From: the human T2T-CHM13v2.0 reference genome, Homo sapiens
DNA length: 64,000 nucleotides
Strand: one strand, 5' to 3'
NCBI RefSeq assembly: GCF_009914755.1
Contig: NC_060931.1
Both the position numbers and the translations under genes were made by a program. Under the pieces are notes generated by a model, which saw only the letters and a program-made list of their open reading frames with translations, did not search any database and had not been told where the DNA came from. This document shows, one piece after another, positions 30,673 to 44,651 of the stretch (the stretch's first letter is position 1; each line of letters begins with the position of its first letter).

Positions 30673-33666
30673 TGGTGACTACTGTCATTTCCTAGAAGGA
30701 AATAAGGGAAGGACACCAATTCAATAGGAGACCTGGGGGACTTTCATACTCTCAGCTGATGCCAAGGTGCCCAGTGAGCAGGGGAAAGGCTTCCTGGCCC
30801 TGGCGGCAGGATGGGGCCAGAATATTCCTGGGCAGGAGCCCCCCCAGGTGGCCCATCCTGCCTGAGCATGTCTGAACATGTTCTTAGGTCAGGACTAGAG
30901 TTCGAGATTTCAGAAATGTCATTCTAACCTTGATCTCTTCGAGATGCCTGTTTATAACACAGCATCGTTCATGCCAATTGTCTGGCAAAGCCGGTATACA
31001 CGGCTATCGCTATGATGTAAAACAGCAGATCTCATGTGAGGGTAAACTTGGAATTTACCCCGATGAGATGCGGTGTGGGGAGGGTCCAGTGGCTGCGAGG
31101 CCCTGGAAGCATGCCTCTTTCAGGGAGGCCTCCATCATCAGAGCTTCCGTCTGCAACGTCCCTGCCCTGTGCTGGCCAGGGAACTCCGCGGCGGGCTCCC
31201 CCACTGTGCCCGGGATTCGGACACTGCTTGCCGCGGAGTGTTTCCAGTCCCTCTTGAAATTCCTGGTTGTTGACAATTTGTTTATTATTCTAGCTCTTGA
31301 GGAAACTTCCTAAAAACTGGGGAAGAAGTAGTTCTTCAACTTTCTTGAATCTCAGGACACTTGGATCATCTGACGAAACTGATGAATGAAGCATGGGTAC
31401 ACAGATTTCTCTGTCTCTCAAATCACTTCGGGGCCCTTCTAACTCCCCAAAAGTCAGGTTTTAGGAATCTGTATTCCGAGGGGTCTCAAAATGTTCACGT
31501 GGTTCCCCTCTCCTCCAGGGTGGCCGGCCTCCCTGTTCCATCTTCTGAGAGGAGCTATACCCATTTTGCACCCTGAACCTCCAAACTCAGAAGTCTCTGA
31601 GGAGCCCTGAATAGGAGAAAATGTGGCTGAAAATGAAGTGGAAAATCAGTGTGATAACCAAATCAAGATCACGCCTCGCTGGGACCCTGTCACACTAAAG
31701 CTTCCAGAGCATAGTCGTTTTTAAAATCTGTAATAGTACCTGGAGTTTTTTCCTGTGCTTTCTATAATTCAGCTCTTTGAGTCTGCTCTGAACCCTTGGT
31801 GGTAGCTCACTGCTCATGAACAGATCCCCTCCTGGGGGGCTCCAGTGGCCTCCCACAATGGTCCCATTCCTGAGCTGTTTATCCTCACTCTGGAGGGCTC
31901 CCTCTGATCACCCAGGCTCACGGCTCTGGATGAGGCACAGGTGGGAAGGGCTGTGGGTGATGCAGGGAGGGCTTTCAGTCACCATCCCCTCCTGGAAGTG
32001 TATCCCAAGCCATTTCCAGGTGTACAGCTCTCAGGGGAGACAAGAATGCATTGTTCTACCTGGCACGATGGGGTGTGGGCCACGTGGGGTATGGGCCACA
32101 GAAGCACATTCCCAAACCTCCACTTTGGAGAGCCACGTACAGCGAAGCAGGAGAAGGCGGCAGAGGCGGGGATGGGGAGACCGTCTGTGAGTGTGGTTCC
32201 TGCCCGGCTTTCCCCTTCCCGCCAGGTCTCCCAGGAGGCCAGGTGGCGGCTGCAGCCGGTGGCAGACACTCCCTTCCTGGGGTGCTGGCTGCAGCCGGCT
32301 GCCATGGGACTCCAACCAGGGCTCTCCTGGGGTTCTGTTGACTCAACACATCATCTGACGCCACCCCGGCAGGCCCTCTGGGTGTCAGGTGCCAGTGAGA
32401 CGGGTTGGGGAGGCTGGGACGGTGTCCAGACTGCCGCCTCTGCCCCAGAGCTCGTTTCCATGGTGCCGTTCCCAGCTCCAGGAGCTCTCCTCATTCACAT
32501 CATGAAGGGAGAGGCAGGGATCGTGAGCTCTAGTGGTTGTCTGCCTCCAGTGATTAATTGGTACGATTCTCCACGGAGGAGGAAGAGAAGAGGAAGGAAA
32601 GCTGCAGATGAAAGGGAAATAAGCGTCTCGTGGTGGAAACAAAAGTATTGGTTGCATCCTTTCAAAGACGATCTGGAATCTCAAACCTAGGGTTTACCTC
32701 TGCCCCTCGATGGCAACAACAATTCTGGGAGTTCAGGGCCATGATAAAAAATGACAGCATCACACCTGAATTGCTGCTAGTGTTTTTAATAGACAGGTAA
32801 CCACTCATCCCGAGGGAGGTGGGAAAGGAGCCCTCTTGCTAGGGAGCTTGGAATTCCTAATGCTGCCTGTGTCTGATGGACAGTACCTACCCCTGGTAGA
32901 GCTCGCTTCGCGGGGAGGGAGAACTCAGCCCTCTGTTTGCATGATCTGAGGCTCTGGAAAGCCCCCTGCCCCCTTCCAGATACCTCATCTACTTGACAAA
33001 CTTCCAAGATGCCCTGCCTCCCCTTTCTACACATTGCTCTTCCCTGAAAGGTTCCTGCTCTGTTATTCTTGGTCAATCTGCAGAAGGCAGGCCGGATACT
33101 CCACAAAGGACCCAAGAGAGGAGCAGCCGTTAGGAAGGTGCAAGGCTGGGAGGGAAGGACAGGACCAGGGTTCCCGGATTCAATTGTACCACATCATACA
33201 TGTTGCCTCCATGCAATTTTCTCTTTAGTGCCAGGTTTCTAGAATCAGTGCATGAAAAATGATATCTGAATACGGTGCTTAGGGGAGCCGGGTTTTTTCC
33301 ACTTCTGATTCACTCCACAGCTTCAGCATCTATTGTCAGCTAAGCTCATCTTCTGTGAAGCCCTCACTGGTTTCTAGAGTGAATCATTCCTCCTTTTCAT
33401 GCACTTAGCACATTCCAATGTTATCAAATGATAGAGTGCTGGGTTGTTTCCTGATGCACCTCGGGTCTTCCACTAAGTGTGAATGGCAGTGAGTCTCGCT
33501 TATCGCTATCCCATGGGGCCTGGTGCACTGTCCCAGCTCAAGAAAGATTTGTGGAGCTTGCTTTGTACATAGTGCTCAACAAGTAGACAAATCTAACTTT
33601 AAATCTTAAGCTCTTTAAAATACGCCGTTAAGAAAATGAAACAAGAAACATGACAGAGAGAAAACA

Positions 33667-33992
33667 CAGCTATCCCTCTGTGTCTGCAGGGAATTGATTC
33701 CAGAACCCCTCTCAGGCACCAAAGTCTAGGATGTGCAAGTCCCCGATATAAAATGGTGTAATACGTGCATATGACCTATACACACCCTCCTGTATACTTT
33801 AAATTATCTCTGGATCACTTATAATACCTAATATAATGGAAATGCTATGCAAGTAATTATTATGCTGTGTTGGTTTTTCATCTGTATTTTTATTGTTGTA
33901 TTATTATTTTTATTATTTTTTCCCCTGAATATTTTTGATCTGAATTGGTTGAAGCTGAGGAGGTGAAACCTGCAGATATGGAGGGCTGACCG
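33667..33992. mobile_element. MER2 (Tigger/TcMar) MITE
   Basis: Terminal inverted repeats cagctatccctc / gagggctgaccg followed by TA; internal gatgtgcaagtccccgatataaaatggtgta. Confidence 0.8.
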
Positions 33993-34535
33993 TATTGCAA
34001 AACACATATATGATAAAGGACTTGTAGCAGAGTATATAAAGAACTCTCAAAACTCAGTAACAACAACAACAAAAAAAACTCAGTAAAAAAAAAAAAAAGT
34101 GGACAGAAGATTTAAACACATACTTCAGCAAAGAAGATATACAGATGACAAATAATGATATGATATTCACCATCATTAATCTTTAGGGCTATATACATTA
34201 AAACTACAATGAAACATCACTACACCTACTAGACCAGCTAACATCTACAAAAACCTGACAATACTAAGTGCTGACAATGATTTGGAACAACAGGAACTCT
34301 CATTTGTCACTGGTGGAAATACAAACTAGTATAGCCATTTTGGAAAATAGTTTGACAGTTTCTTCTGTAGTTAAACATACATTTACCATACAACCTAGCG
34401 ATGCCACTCTTAGAAGATATGAAACCTTGTTCACACAAAATCCTGAATGCAATGTTTTCAGTGGCTCTATTCATAGTTGCCCCAAACTGGAGACAATTCA
34501 AACATCCTTCAACTGGTGAATTAATAAACTGGTAC

Positions 34536-34830
34536 AGCACTTTGGGAGGTTGAAGCAGGAGGATCATTTGAAGCCAGGAGTTCAAGACCAGCCTAGGCAA
34601 CATAGTGGGACCCCATCTCTACAAAAAATTAAAAAAGTTGGCTGGGTGCAGTGGCACACTCCTGTTGTCCCGGCTGCTTGGGAGGCTGAGGTGTGAGGAT
34701 TACTTAAGTCTGGGAGTTCAAGGCTGCAGTGAGTCATGACTGTGCCACAGCACTACAGCCTGGGCGACAAAGTGAGACCCTGTCTCAAAACAACAAAAAA
34801 ACAAAAAAAAATGAAAAACAAACCAAAAAA
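34536..34830 (+). mobile_element. AluJ, 5'-truncated
   Basis: Begins cagcactttgggagg; TSD aaactggt. Confidence 0.88.
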
Positions 34831-36209
34831 CTGGTGCATCTATACAATAGAACACTACTCAGTAATAAAAAGGAAAGAACTCTTAATATATGCAACACAA
34901 TGAATTAATCTCAAATGCATTTTTCTAAGTGAAGGAAGCCAGGTCCAAATATATACATACTATATATTTCCATTTATACAACATTCTGGAAAAAGCAAAA
35001 TTATAGCGGACAGAAAAAAAAGTCAGTGTTTGCTGAGGATGAGGGGAGAAATTGACTATAAAAAGGGATGCGGAAATTTCTTTGGGTGTTGGAATTGTTC
35101 TATGTCTTGACGGTGGTGCTGATTACACAACTGCAGATGTTTCTCAAAACTCTCAGAATAGCACATTTTTTTTTAAAAGGGTGAGTTTTACTCTACGTAA
35201 CTTATAGCTAAATAATCCTGACTTTTACAACAGTGCCCTAACATGAGTTCGGGGGGGTTGTCTCTGCAATGGGGGAAGCAGGTGCTTTTCCCCTGGGCCT
35301 TGAAGGAGGGACAGGCAGGGCTCGGATGGAGACGCCTCAGCATGATGGTGGAAACCTTGCCTCCGCCTTGGGGCCCAAGACCTGCTCACATAAAAATAGC
35401 AGCTGAATTCCCTCTCCCTCTGGCCCAAAGGTCATCTCCTGAAGGTGACAGAATGGAGCCACTACCAGGGGGCGGGGGAGTGCGAGGGGGAAGGAGCGAG
35501 GTCTCAGAGGCTCAGGCAACCTGGGCCCTGTCACCCAGACAACTCCCTCCCCTCCTGGAGACAGCTGTGCTCACACAGCCTGTACCCTGCCTTCCCCTGC
35601 TGTTGGGAGAAGGGGAGGGGGCAGGAGAGAGCTGAAAGGTTAGGCTGGGAGCAGAAAGGGAGATCCCACTCCTTCACCCGCCCTCACCTTCCACCAGACT
35701 CAGTCACCCGGCGCTCCTGAGGACAGGGGTCTTTGGTATATCTCTGCATATCCCTGAAAGGTGTGGACAGGTCAATGAGTCTTCTCTACAGCGGCTCTTG
35801 GCACAGGTCCGAACATGCAGAAAGCCTGATGATGTCCTGCTGCCCAGGGCAGGCCTGAGACCCGCAGCACAGGAGGCCCAAGGCGGCCATAAGGAGACCC
35901 AAGGCCCTCCGAGGGGCGCACGAGGGGTTCCAGGGAAAAGTGAGAAGGTGAGGCCCTCACCAGGTGGCTACTCATCCCAGAGAGGAGTTTGCAGGCCTGA
36001 ATATGCCCCACCCGTCCCTCCTCCAGGCCCATCACCTCCCCGGGCCATCAGCAGCCATGCTAGGCCCACGAGAGGGTTCTATGCAATGGCTGCACCTTGA
36101 GAGCTTGCTTTATTTTTAGCTTTAAAAGTTGTGTTTTAAAGACATCTATATACTGAGTATAAAAATATTTACAAATATCCAAGAAATATGTTAGTAAAAC
36201 TTTCTGAAG

Positions 36210-36840
36210 GCTGTGGTCTGAATGTGTGGGTCCCTGCCAAGTCCTTATGTTGAATTCTACCCGCAAGGTGATGGTGTTAGGAGGCCGGGCCTTGGGAGGT
36301 GAGGAGGGTGGTGCCCCATGCCCTTACAAGAGGGACCGCAGAGAGACCCCTCCTCCTTCCACCATGTGAGGACGCAGCCAGGAGGAGCTGAAGCAGGTCC
36401 TCAGCAGACACAGAATCTACCAGCACCTTGGTCTTGGACTCTAGCCTCCAGAACTGTGAGAAAGAAATTTCTGTTCTTTTTTTGTTTTGAGACGGAGTCT
36501 CGCACTGTTGCCTAGGCTGGAATGCAGTGGTGTGATCTCGGCTCACTGCAACTTGTGACCCCTGGGTTCAAGCAATTCTTCTGCCTCAGCCTCCTGAGCA
36601 GCTGGGATTACAGTTGCTCACCACCACACCCAGCTAATTTTTTTCTATTTTTAGTAGAGACAGGGTTTTACCATGTTGGCCAGGCTGGTCTTGAACTCCC
36701 GACCTCGAGTGATCTGCCCGCCTCAGCCTCCCAAAGTATTGGGATTACAGGCGTGAGCCACAGTGCCCAGCCACAATTTCTGTTCTTTATAAGCCACCCA
36801 GTCTATGGTATGATTACGGCAGCCTAAACAGACGAAGACG
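36210..36840 (+). mobile_element. MLT1A0-like solo LTR, split by an Alu
   Basis: ctgtggtctgaatgt...ctccagaactgtgagaaagaaatttctgttc[Alu]aatttctgttctttataagccacccag. Confidence 0.78.
36477..36772 (-). mobile_element. AluSx-like
   Basis: Full reverse Alu; TSD aatttctgttc. Confidence 0.95.
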
Positions 36841-36879
36841 CTGAGTTAGCTAATTTGTTGATCCAAACAGTCCACTCTT

Positions 36880-37262
36880 TTTAAACATTTATTTTTGATT
36901 TTGTTAAAATGCACACAACCTAAAATTGACCATCTTCAAGCGCACAGTTCAGCAGCATTAACCACACTGCTGTGCAGCCCCCACCACCACCATCTCCAGA
37001 ACCATTTCATAGTACAACACTGAAACTCTGTCCTCATAAAAATAACTCATTTCTCCCCACCTGCAACCCCTGGCAACCATCTTCTACTTCCTGTATCTGG
37101 GAATCTGGCCACTCTAGGGACCTCATATGAGTAAAATCTGGCAGTGTCTGTCCCTTCATGACTGCGTTCTCTCACTCAGCACAATGCCCTCAAGGTTCAT
37201 CCACAAGGCAGCACCTGTCAGAATCTCCTTCCTTTTGAAGGCTGAATACTATTCCACCACAT
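36880..37262 (-). mobile_element. L1MB-like 3' end
   Basis: cacagttcagcagcattaa...actctagggacctcatatgagt...aaggctgaatactattcca. Confidence 0.75.
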
Positions 37263-40200
37263 CTACACACAGCACGGAGGGCTTTCTCTCACAATTCCCT
37301 CCCGGCTTTGCCATCGCTTTGCTATTGCTCTGTGTCTCCCAAGAGATCGCTGCCCCTCCTAGGTCTGCAGCTTCCCTTTCCTGTGGTGACAGCAACTATG
37401 GTTGCTGCCTGCATGGCCTGGTGTCCCCATGTGCCCCCAACGCCGAGGGCCAGAGCAAGGAGTAAGGACATCCGATGCAAACACCGCACCCACACGTTTC
37501 CTGGGGATGCCCCAGTCCCTCCGGGTCAGAATCTGTCAGCCTGTGCCCATGCCTGTCCCTTCCTTCTGGGCCACGGTCACAGGACTTGGGTCAGCAGGCC
37601 CGGGCAGGGAGGGAGCCCGGGACAACGCCAGACATTCCTGCCTTCCTGCAGCCAAGTTTCCGATGTGCTGTTGGAGGAATCCTGCCAAGGGTAATGTGAC
37701 ATTTACATGATGCCTGGTGGGGCTGCCCAGTGACATAACAGGGGGGTTGGGGGTGTGTCTCTGGGCACAGAGCCTGCAGCCCGGCAGAGTCTGATGACAC
37801 TGTGTTGTGTAAATTGAAGCGACAGTCACCTGTTTCTCTAAGTCATGGCTCAAACCTGTTTCCTCTTATGTGACCATAAAATCACACCGCCTGTCACCTT
37901 GATCTTTGGGACTCTTCTGTCTTCCTTCTGAATAAAGCTACTTGATAAACACCCATCCACTTCCTGCAGGGGGAGAAGGCCAAATGCCCTCAGGTGCATT
38001 CTTTTGAGAGAGTCCAGAGAGCATGAGCCCAGCCAGAAGTAGGCATTTGTGATGGCCTTTCTGTGCACTTGTGCACACAAACTTTCTCGTGTGGGTGCCC
38101 TAAGTGCCGGCATTGTGCAGGAAGCTGTGTTGGGGGCTGGGAGCACAGTGGTAGCAGACACCATCCCTGCCCTCTTTCAACTGATTTTGCAAGGACTTCA
38201 GGAACACATTCTAGCACAACTAACTAGAGCTGCTCACTTATGAGCAGAGCCTCAGTTCAGCCATCAGTGAAATGGACAAATCAAATAGGAACTCTTGAAT
38301 GGGCCACCTCCCCTGGGCAGCAGGGTGGCGTTGCTTCCAAGGTGTGCTTAAAGCCGGCTCTCTTCTTTGTGGTCTGAGCAGAAGCTGTAAGGCTAGGCCC
38401 TGGCCTTGTTCTTAGCTGTCCCTGGCCTACAGACCTTTGAACTAATCACTCTTGGTGGTCTGAATTCTCTGTAGACAGGTGGAAACCGTAGGCACTGTGT
38501 CCTCCAGACCTCAGCACAGCAAGAACAGTCTGGTGTTCATCCGGGCAGAGGAAGCAGACCCCACCCTGTGTTTACACGACACCAGCTCTTCAGGGGTCCG
38601 AGGGGGCGGGCCTGATGCCGGCATAAGGTTTGATGTTGCCAGCTAGAATCGCCAACACATCCCCGGAAGCCCAGTGGCTTAGCCTCCTATCAGTGCCTCC
38701 TCTGCAGCCCCTGCCAGGGCTGCCAGGAGCTCAGCCGGCCTTTGTTCTATTTCACCCCAACCAAATACCTCCTCCTCCTCCCTTCTCCTTATTCGTTAAA
38801 ATTCAGCGCATGATACTGGCAAGCTTCAGCCGCAGCTCACAGCACTTTCAGAGGAAAACGTGGCGCGCCCGGGGCCTTCTCACAGCCATCGTGCAGCCGC
38901 CTGGGCAGCTCCCAGCTCCAATGGCAACTGGTAGCATCAGGAGAGTATGGGGTTCCCCAGTGGGGCTCCGGGGCAGCGCAACGCCACAGGACCTTGCGGT
39001 GGATGTGGCAAAGCATCTGCTCTGGTGGCCTGGGGCAGGTGAGGAAGTGAGCGCTTCTCAGGAGCAGAGCCAGGTCGTCTCTGCAGGCCCAGGCCTGCCG
39101 GCGCCTCAGCCCTGACGCCATCATCTCTCCTTTGACTGAGAACAAGGACCTCTTTCCTTGCCTAAATAGCCTACGGCTAAGAGGAAATCACCCCCAGTTA
39201 CGAGAGGTTTCAGGAAGCCCCCCGCAACCTTCCACCCACCATCATCAAACTTTCAAAAGCAGAGAGTCTGGGATTTGAAGCCCCTGTCTGAAAAGTAGGT
39301 TTCAGATCCATCGGAAGGCAGGGTCAGGCCAAACCTCTCCTCTCAAGTCAGATAAAAACGATCACACCAGGGAGGAGAGGCCTGAAAAGGGGCAGCTGAA
39401 GGGAAAAAGAGCTGGAGAGTGGGGAGCAGCCCGGAGTGTCTCCTCTGGCTGGGAGGGGCCCTGTGGAGCTGGCAGCAGCAGCTCTTGGGAGCAGACAGAA
39501 GGCCGCTCCTTAGGACCAGGCGCTGCCACCTGCAGGCTCAGGCCCTGTTCACCTGCCGCAGATTCCCCGAGAGCCAGGCAGAAAAAGTGGACCCTGCCCC
39601 CAGAGCGCAGGCCCAGGGAGAGGCAGGCAGGTGGCCAGTCTGAGTCAGCGGGATGGAGGCGCCTGGCATGGGGAAGGGGTGTGTAGCCTGGGAGGGGCCT
39701 TGGGCGGGAGCATCCCCGGGGAGAGAGCTGGAGCCAGTTCCCTTAGGACACATGATAACTGGCAGAGGAAGAGCAGCTGCTGGGGAACGGGGGGTGGTGT
39801 GTAGGGAGCTGCACACGCTGGGGTGGTCAAGGCAGAATGGGCACCAGCTGCAGCCCACCAGGCCTGCTCTTGGGGTCCCAACAGGCAGGGAGAAGTGGTG
39901 GACCTGTGTCCGAGCATCAGGGGGCGCTGCAAGTGGGCATGCTGGGTGCCCAGCAGGGGTACCATCATTCCCCAGGGGTGTAGAGAGTGGGCCGAGCCCG
40001 GGAGCCCTCTGAGGAGGCTCTGCCACCACCTGTGGGACAGCAGGAGGAGCTTGAACTCTGTGGGGACTTGGAGCAGAAAGGACCCGCCGCTGGAAGTGAG
40101 GGTCACAGGAAAGGGGAAGCCCCGGAGCCCCTGGTCCTTGGCTTGGAGAGCTGGGTACACAATGATGCCCAACCCTCATAAGGTCCACACATGACAGGGT

Positions 40201-40970
40201 GCCTCCAATCCACTGTGGACGGTGACAGGTCAGCAAGGGTCTGACATAACCCCTTGGCTGTGGGGGGCACAGAGAATGGGCACGGCTGGGATACAGTGGT
40301 GCGCTGGGTGCAGGGAGGGGGTGTGGACGCAGGGAGGAGGCAGGTGCCGGGAGCAGACATCAGAGCCCAGAAAATGCCACAGAAATCGAGCCTCTCTCCA
40401 CCCTGCCTTCCAACCTCATCCACCCAGTGGCTCAAGGCTGCCAGGATAAAGAAGGACGGGTGTAACGGGTCAAGGCGAATCCAAGCTTTGAGGTGTGCAG
40501 GTACAGAGGACTCTTGTGTGGTCCCCACAGCCATGGGTGCACAGGCCAGTGGGTGCATTCAGGGGACACGGCAGAGGGAGGTGCATTTTTGTGCTGTTTT
40601 CCTCTGTGCCAGCCCCCTGGGAAGCAGGCACTGTTGATGCCCTGTCCCTAGGTCTCACTTCTGAGTTCGCCTGCAGCTGGGAGGCAGTTCCTGTGGGCAC
40701 TGGGGCTTCCCACCCACCTCAACCCTGCCTGAGAGTTTCCTCTGGTGCCCAGGAGCTCCCTCGGGAGGAGCGCCGCCAGCTTGGGGAACTAGGGGTTTGG
40801 TCCCCACAGGGCCACCTGGGCTAATGCCCCTGGGGGCACATTCAGCCAGCACTTCACCAGGTCCCTTGTGAGGCCTCAGCTGTCCCCACTGTCCCTCTGA
40901 GCCTCCTCCTGGTTTTTCCCTTCACTGTCCCATCCCCCACCCCCTCGCCTGTGCTTCCTGGGATCATCGC

Positions 40971-41368
40971 TGGTATGGTTTAGGTGTTTTGTCCCCTCCG
41001 AATCTCATGTTGAAATGCGACCCCCGAGTTGAAGGTGGGCCTGGTGGGAGAAGTCTGGGTCATGGGGGCGAATGTCGTGGTGCTGTCCTCGTGGTAGTGA
41101 ATGAGTTCTCGCTCTATGAGTTCACACGAGGCCTGGTTGTTTGAAGGAGCCTTGCACCTCCTCCCTGTCTCTTGCCCTCTCACCATGTGACACCTCAGCT
41201 CCCCCTTTGCCTTCTGCCATGACTGGAAGCTTCCTGAGGCCTCGCCAGGAGCAGACACCAGCACCATGCTTCTCCTACAGCCTACAGAATTGTGAACTGA
41301 AATCAACCTCCTTTCTTCATAATTTGCCCAAACTCAGATATTTATAGTGACACAAATGGACTAACACA
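40971..41368 (+). mobile_element. MSTA/MSTB MaLR solo LTR
   Basis: tggtatggtttagg...aatctcatgttgaaatg...gccttctgccatgactggaagcttcctgaggcc...ggactaacaca. Confidence 0.8.
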
Positions 41369-42904
41369 ATCTCCCAAACCAACTCCCTGACCCTTGTCAC
41401 CAGCTCTGCTTTTGAGGGAATCCACATTACAGGCAGGGGAATGGGTGCAATGGATACCAGCGTCAGCCCCTTGCAGACCTATCCAGATGCAAGGACTTGG
41501 CTCTTTGGACCACTCCAAGCCACCCTGAGATGCCACGTGGAACCCTAGGAAAACCCACCTCTGCAAGAAGGTCCTGAAATCAGGTAACTTCTCGCTACAG
41601 TGTAAATGACTGATAGGCTCAAACGGGCCGTGGGAGGGTTTCAGGACAGGGTACAGGAAATGACCTGCAAGTCTGCAGAGCCAGTCTGCAAACTCTGGGG
41701 AGCACCCCTCAATGCCCTTAGGCCACCTTTCCTTCTCTGACCTCTGTCCCCATCCCTGCCCCAAGCTGTGTCTCTTTGACACCTGGGATGTAAGCTGTGA
41801 AAGCTAAACTGCACTGTAGTTGGAGACTCTTGAGAAACCGAATGAACAATATTTCTGAAGATCTCCCACGAAGGTTGCCTCCCTCCCTGCGGTCAGGCTG
41901 CCTGCAGGCCTAGTCCCAGCAGATCTCCGGGAGATGCTGACTGCTGGCCGGATGCCTGTGTGGTTACGATCCGGTTACATCTCAGCCCCCTGCTGAGAAA
42001 GAGGCGCTAAGGTGGCCCTGGAGCCGTGAATTCACTGGGATTGAGATCATCTCGGCGACTTTATCATGAAGGCCAGCACAGGAGGCCCCTCCTTCCTGTT
42101 GGAGATGTTTAGTTTTATGATTAAGAAATGGCAAAGGGCCTTTCAGACTACTTTTGCTTTGAAATAAATCAGTGAATCAATGAGATGAGAAGTATTCACT
42201 GGGCACCGGCTGTACAGGGAAGAACTGGAAGTGGGATATGCAGTGCCTGGGCTTGGGGTAACAGAACCCAGCCTACGGGCCAGAAAGAAATGCATGAGCC
42301 ATTAAGACAGTGCAGGAAGCATCTGATGGAGGACACGTCAATCTTTTCATCAATCATTGAAAGCAGGACGAGGAGGCTGGGACACAGCAAGGTGCTCAGG
42401 CCCTCAGAGGAGGCAGTGGGGAGGTTCTTGATATAGGCTGGTCTTTAAGAAGGACTGGGACTAAGATAAACTGGGGTACATAGGGGAGGAAGAAGGGAGT
42501 AGAGGGGCAGTGCTCTGCTGCCACAGGCGGCCGCAGATGGGTGCCCCCACATTGCAGAAACAGCCTCAACAGGAGCCTTGTGTACCTGCCAACATTTTGC
42601 TGCATACAAGATTAATGAAATAGTTCCACTGAAATCTGGTGATGGAGTTCTCGGCAATGTGGTTTTTGTCCTGTCATCTCATAGGAAACAGGTCTTTGAA
42701 TAAGTCATTGCATCATTGCAAAATGATGTTTCCTCCCCAACAAGGGAAATCGGGGGTGACGTTTAGCAGCTCCTTCTGCAGCAGTGTTTTAAGTTGAGTG
42801 GCTAGAAAAGAAAGAGGCGTATTATACGCCGGGCTGTGTTCTGGGTGCTGGGGACGGTGAACACGACAGAGAAGAGCCCAGCCCTCGTGGAGCTCAGGTT
42901 TGTA

Positions 42905-43260
42905 GACTCTGGCTCCTTGGAGTATGGTCTGAGGACCAGCAGCCTGTTTGTTAGACACGCAGACCTCCAGGCCCCCACCCCAGACCTACGGAGCCTGAAC
43001 CTGCCCTTTGACAAGACTCTTCAGTGACCGACAGACACGTCAGGGTGAGATACGCGGCTGTAGGCCAGGGGTTCCGAATTTTGGCAAGAATCAGGACCCC
43101 CTTTTTAACGCAGGCTTGTGAATCTGTGGATTTCTGAGCCCCACCCTCAGAGATTCACATTTGGGAACTGGGATGGAGGTCCAGAAATTGGCTTTTCTGA
43201 CGAGGTTCCAGGTAATGCCAGGCCTGCCGGTCTGGGGCTCACACCCTGAGAGCCACCTGC
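42905..43260. mobile_element. Two MER5A-like fragments in opposite orientation
   Basis: ggaccagcagc...caggcccccaccccagaccta and gagccccaccctcagagattc...ttccaggtaatgc. Confidence 0.5.
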
Positions 43261-43902
43261 TGTAGGAGATCATCTGAGTTCTGGGTGAAGACTGGGGCTA
43301 TCTCCGCCACGCGTCCCAGGCCCTGGAGAAGCTGACGGTAGCTTCCAGGAGTGGCCAGGCCATAGTTCCCTTAACCTCCCACACCCATCCCCTCCACACG
43401 GGGGGAGCCTGGCCTTGTGCCGAACCCCAAATAATCCTCAGTGCTTGGCCTGCCCGTTTAGAGGTCAAACATCCATGCAGAACCCATCCAGCCTGCCCGG
43501 GAAATCCGAGCAGGGATCACACAGGATGTCCCAGGCATTTCCACACAGGCGAGACCACAGAGCATTATGCAGCCTTGATGTGCCAACTGAGTCATGCAAT
43601 GCGCTGCACACACGAGCACCCAGCAGACGCCTGTCTTCTCCTCCCCTCAGCTGTCAGGCACAAGAGTCCACCCCCTTCCACCTCCCACTCCTCAGGGGCT
43701 GCCCCCCAGGGAAGCCCCACTGGAGCAGGCACCTGACCCAGACCTGAGGCCTGCGTCACTGGGCCGGGGGAGGAGGAGGTCTGAACAGAAACACTAAATT
43801 AGCCACCTTCTCCCTCCAGTCTCTACCTGTGCTGTCCAAGAGGCAGCCACTGGCCTCACATAGCTATTTCTTTATAAAATTCAAGTTCAGCTCCTTAGTT
43901 GC

Positions 43903-44651
<749 letters not shown>

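Larger units (their letters stand above)
33590..35225 (+). mobile_element. L1M (L1MC/MD-like) 3' region, interrupted by MER2 and an Alu
   Basis: tatgataaaggacttgta...aaagaactctcaaaactca...gccattttggaaaatagtttgacagtttct...ctaagtgaaggaagccag. Confidence 0.8.

Noticed and set aside
31941-32690. 249-aa plus-strand ORF, and similarly 39538-40236, 26304-26828 and 54455-54895
   Set aside because: GC-rich intronic sequence with overlapping ORFs in many frames and no recognisable domain; several depend on non-ATG starts.
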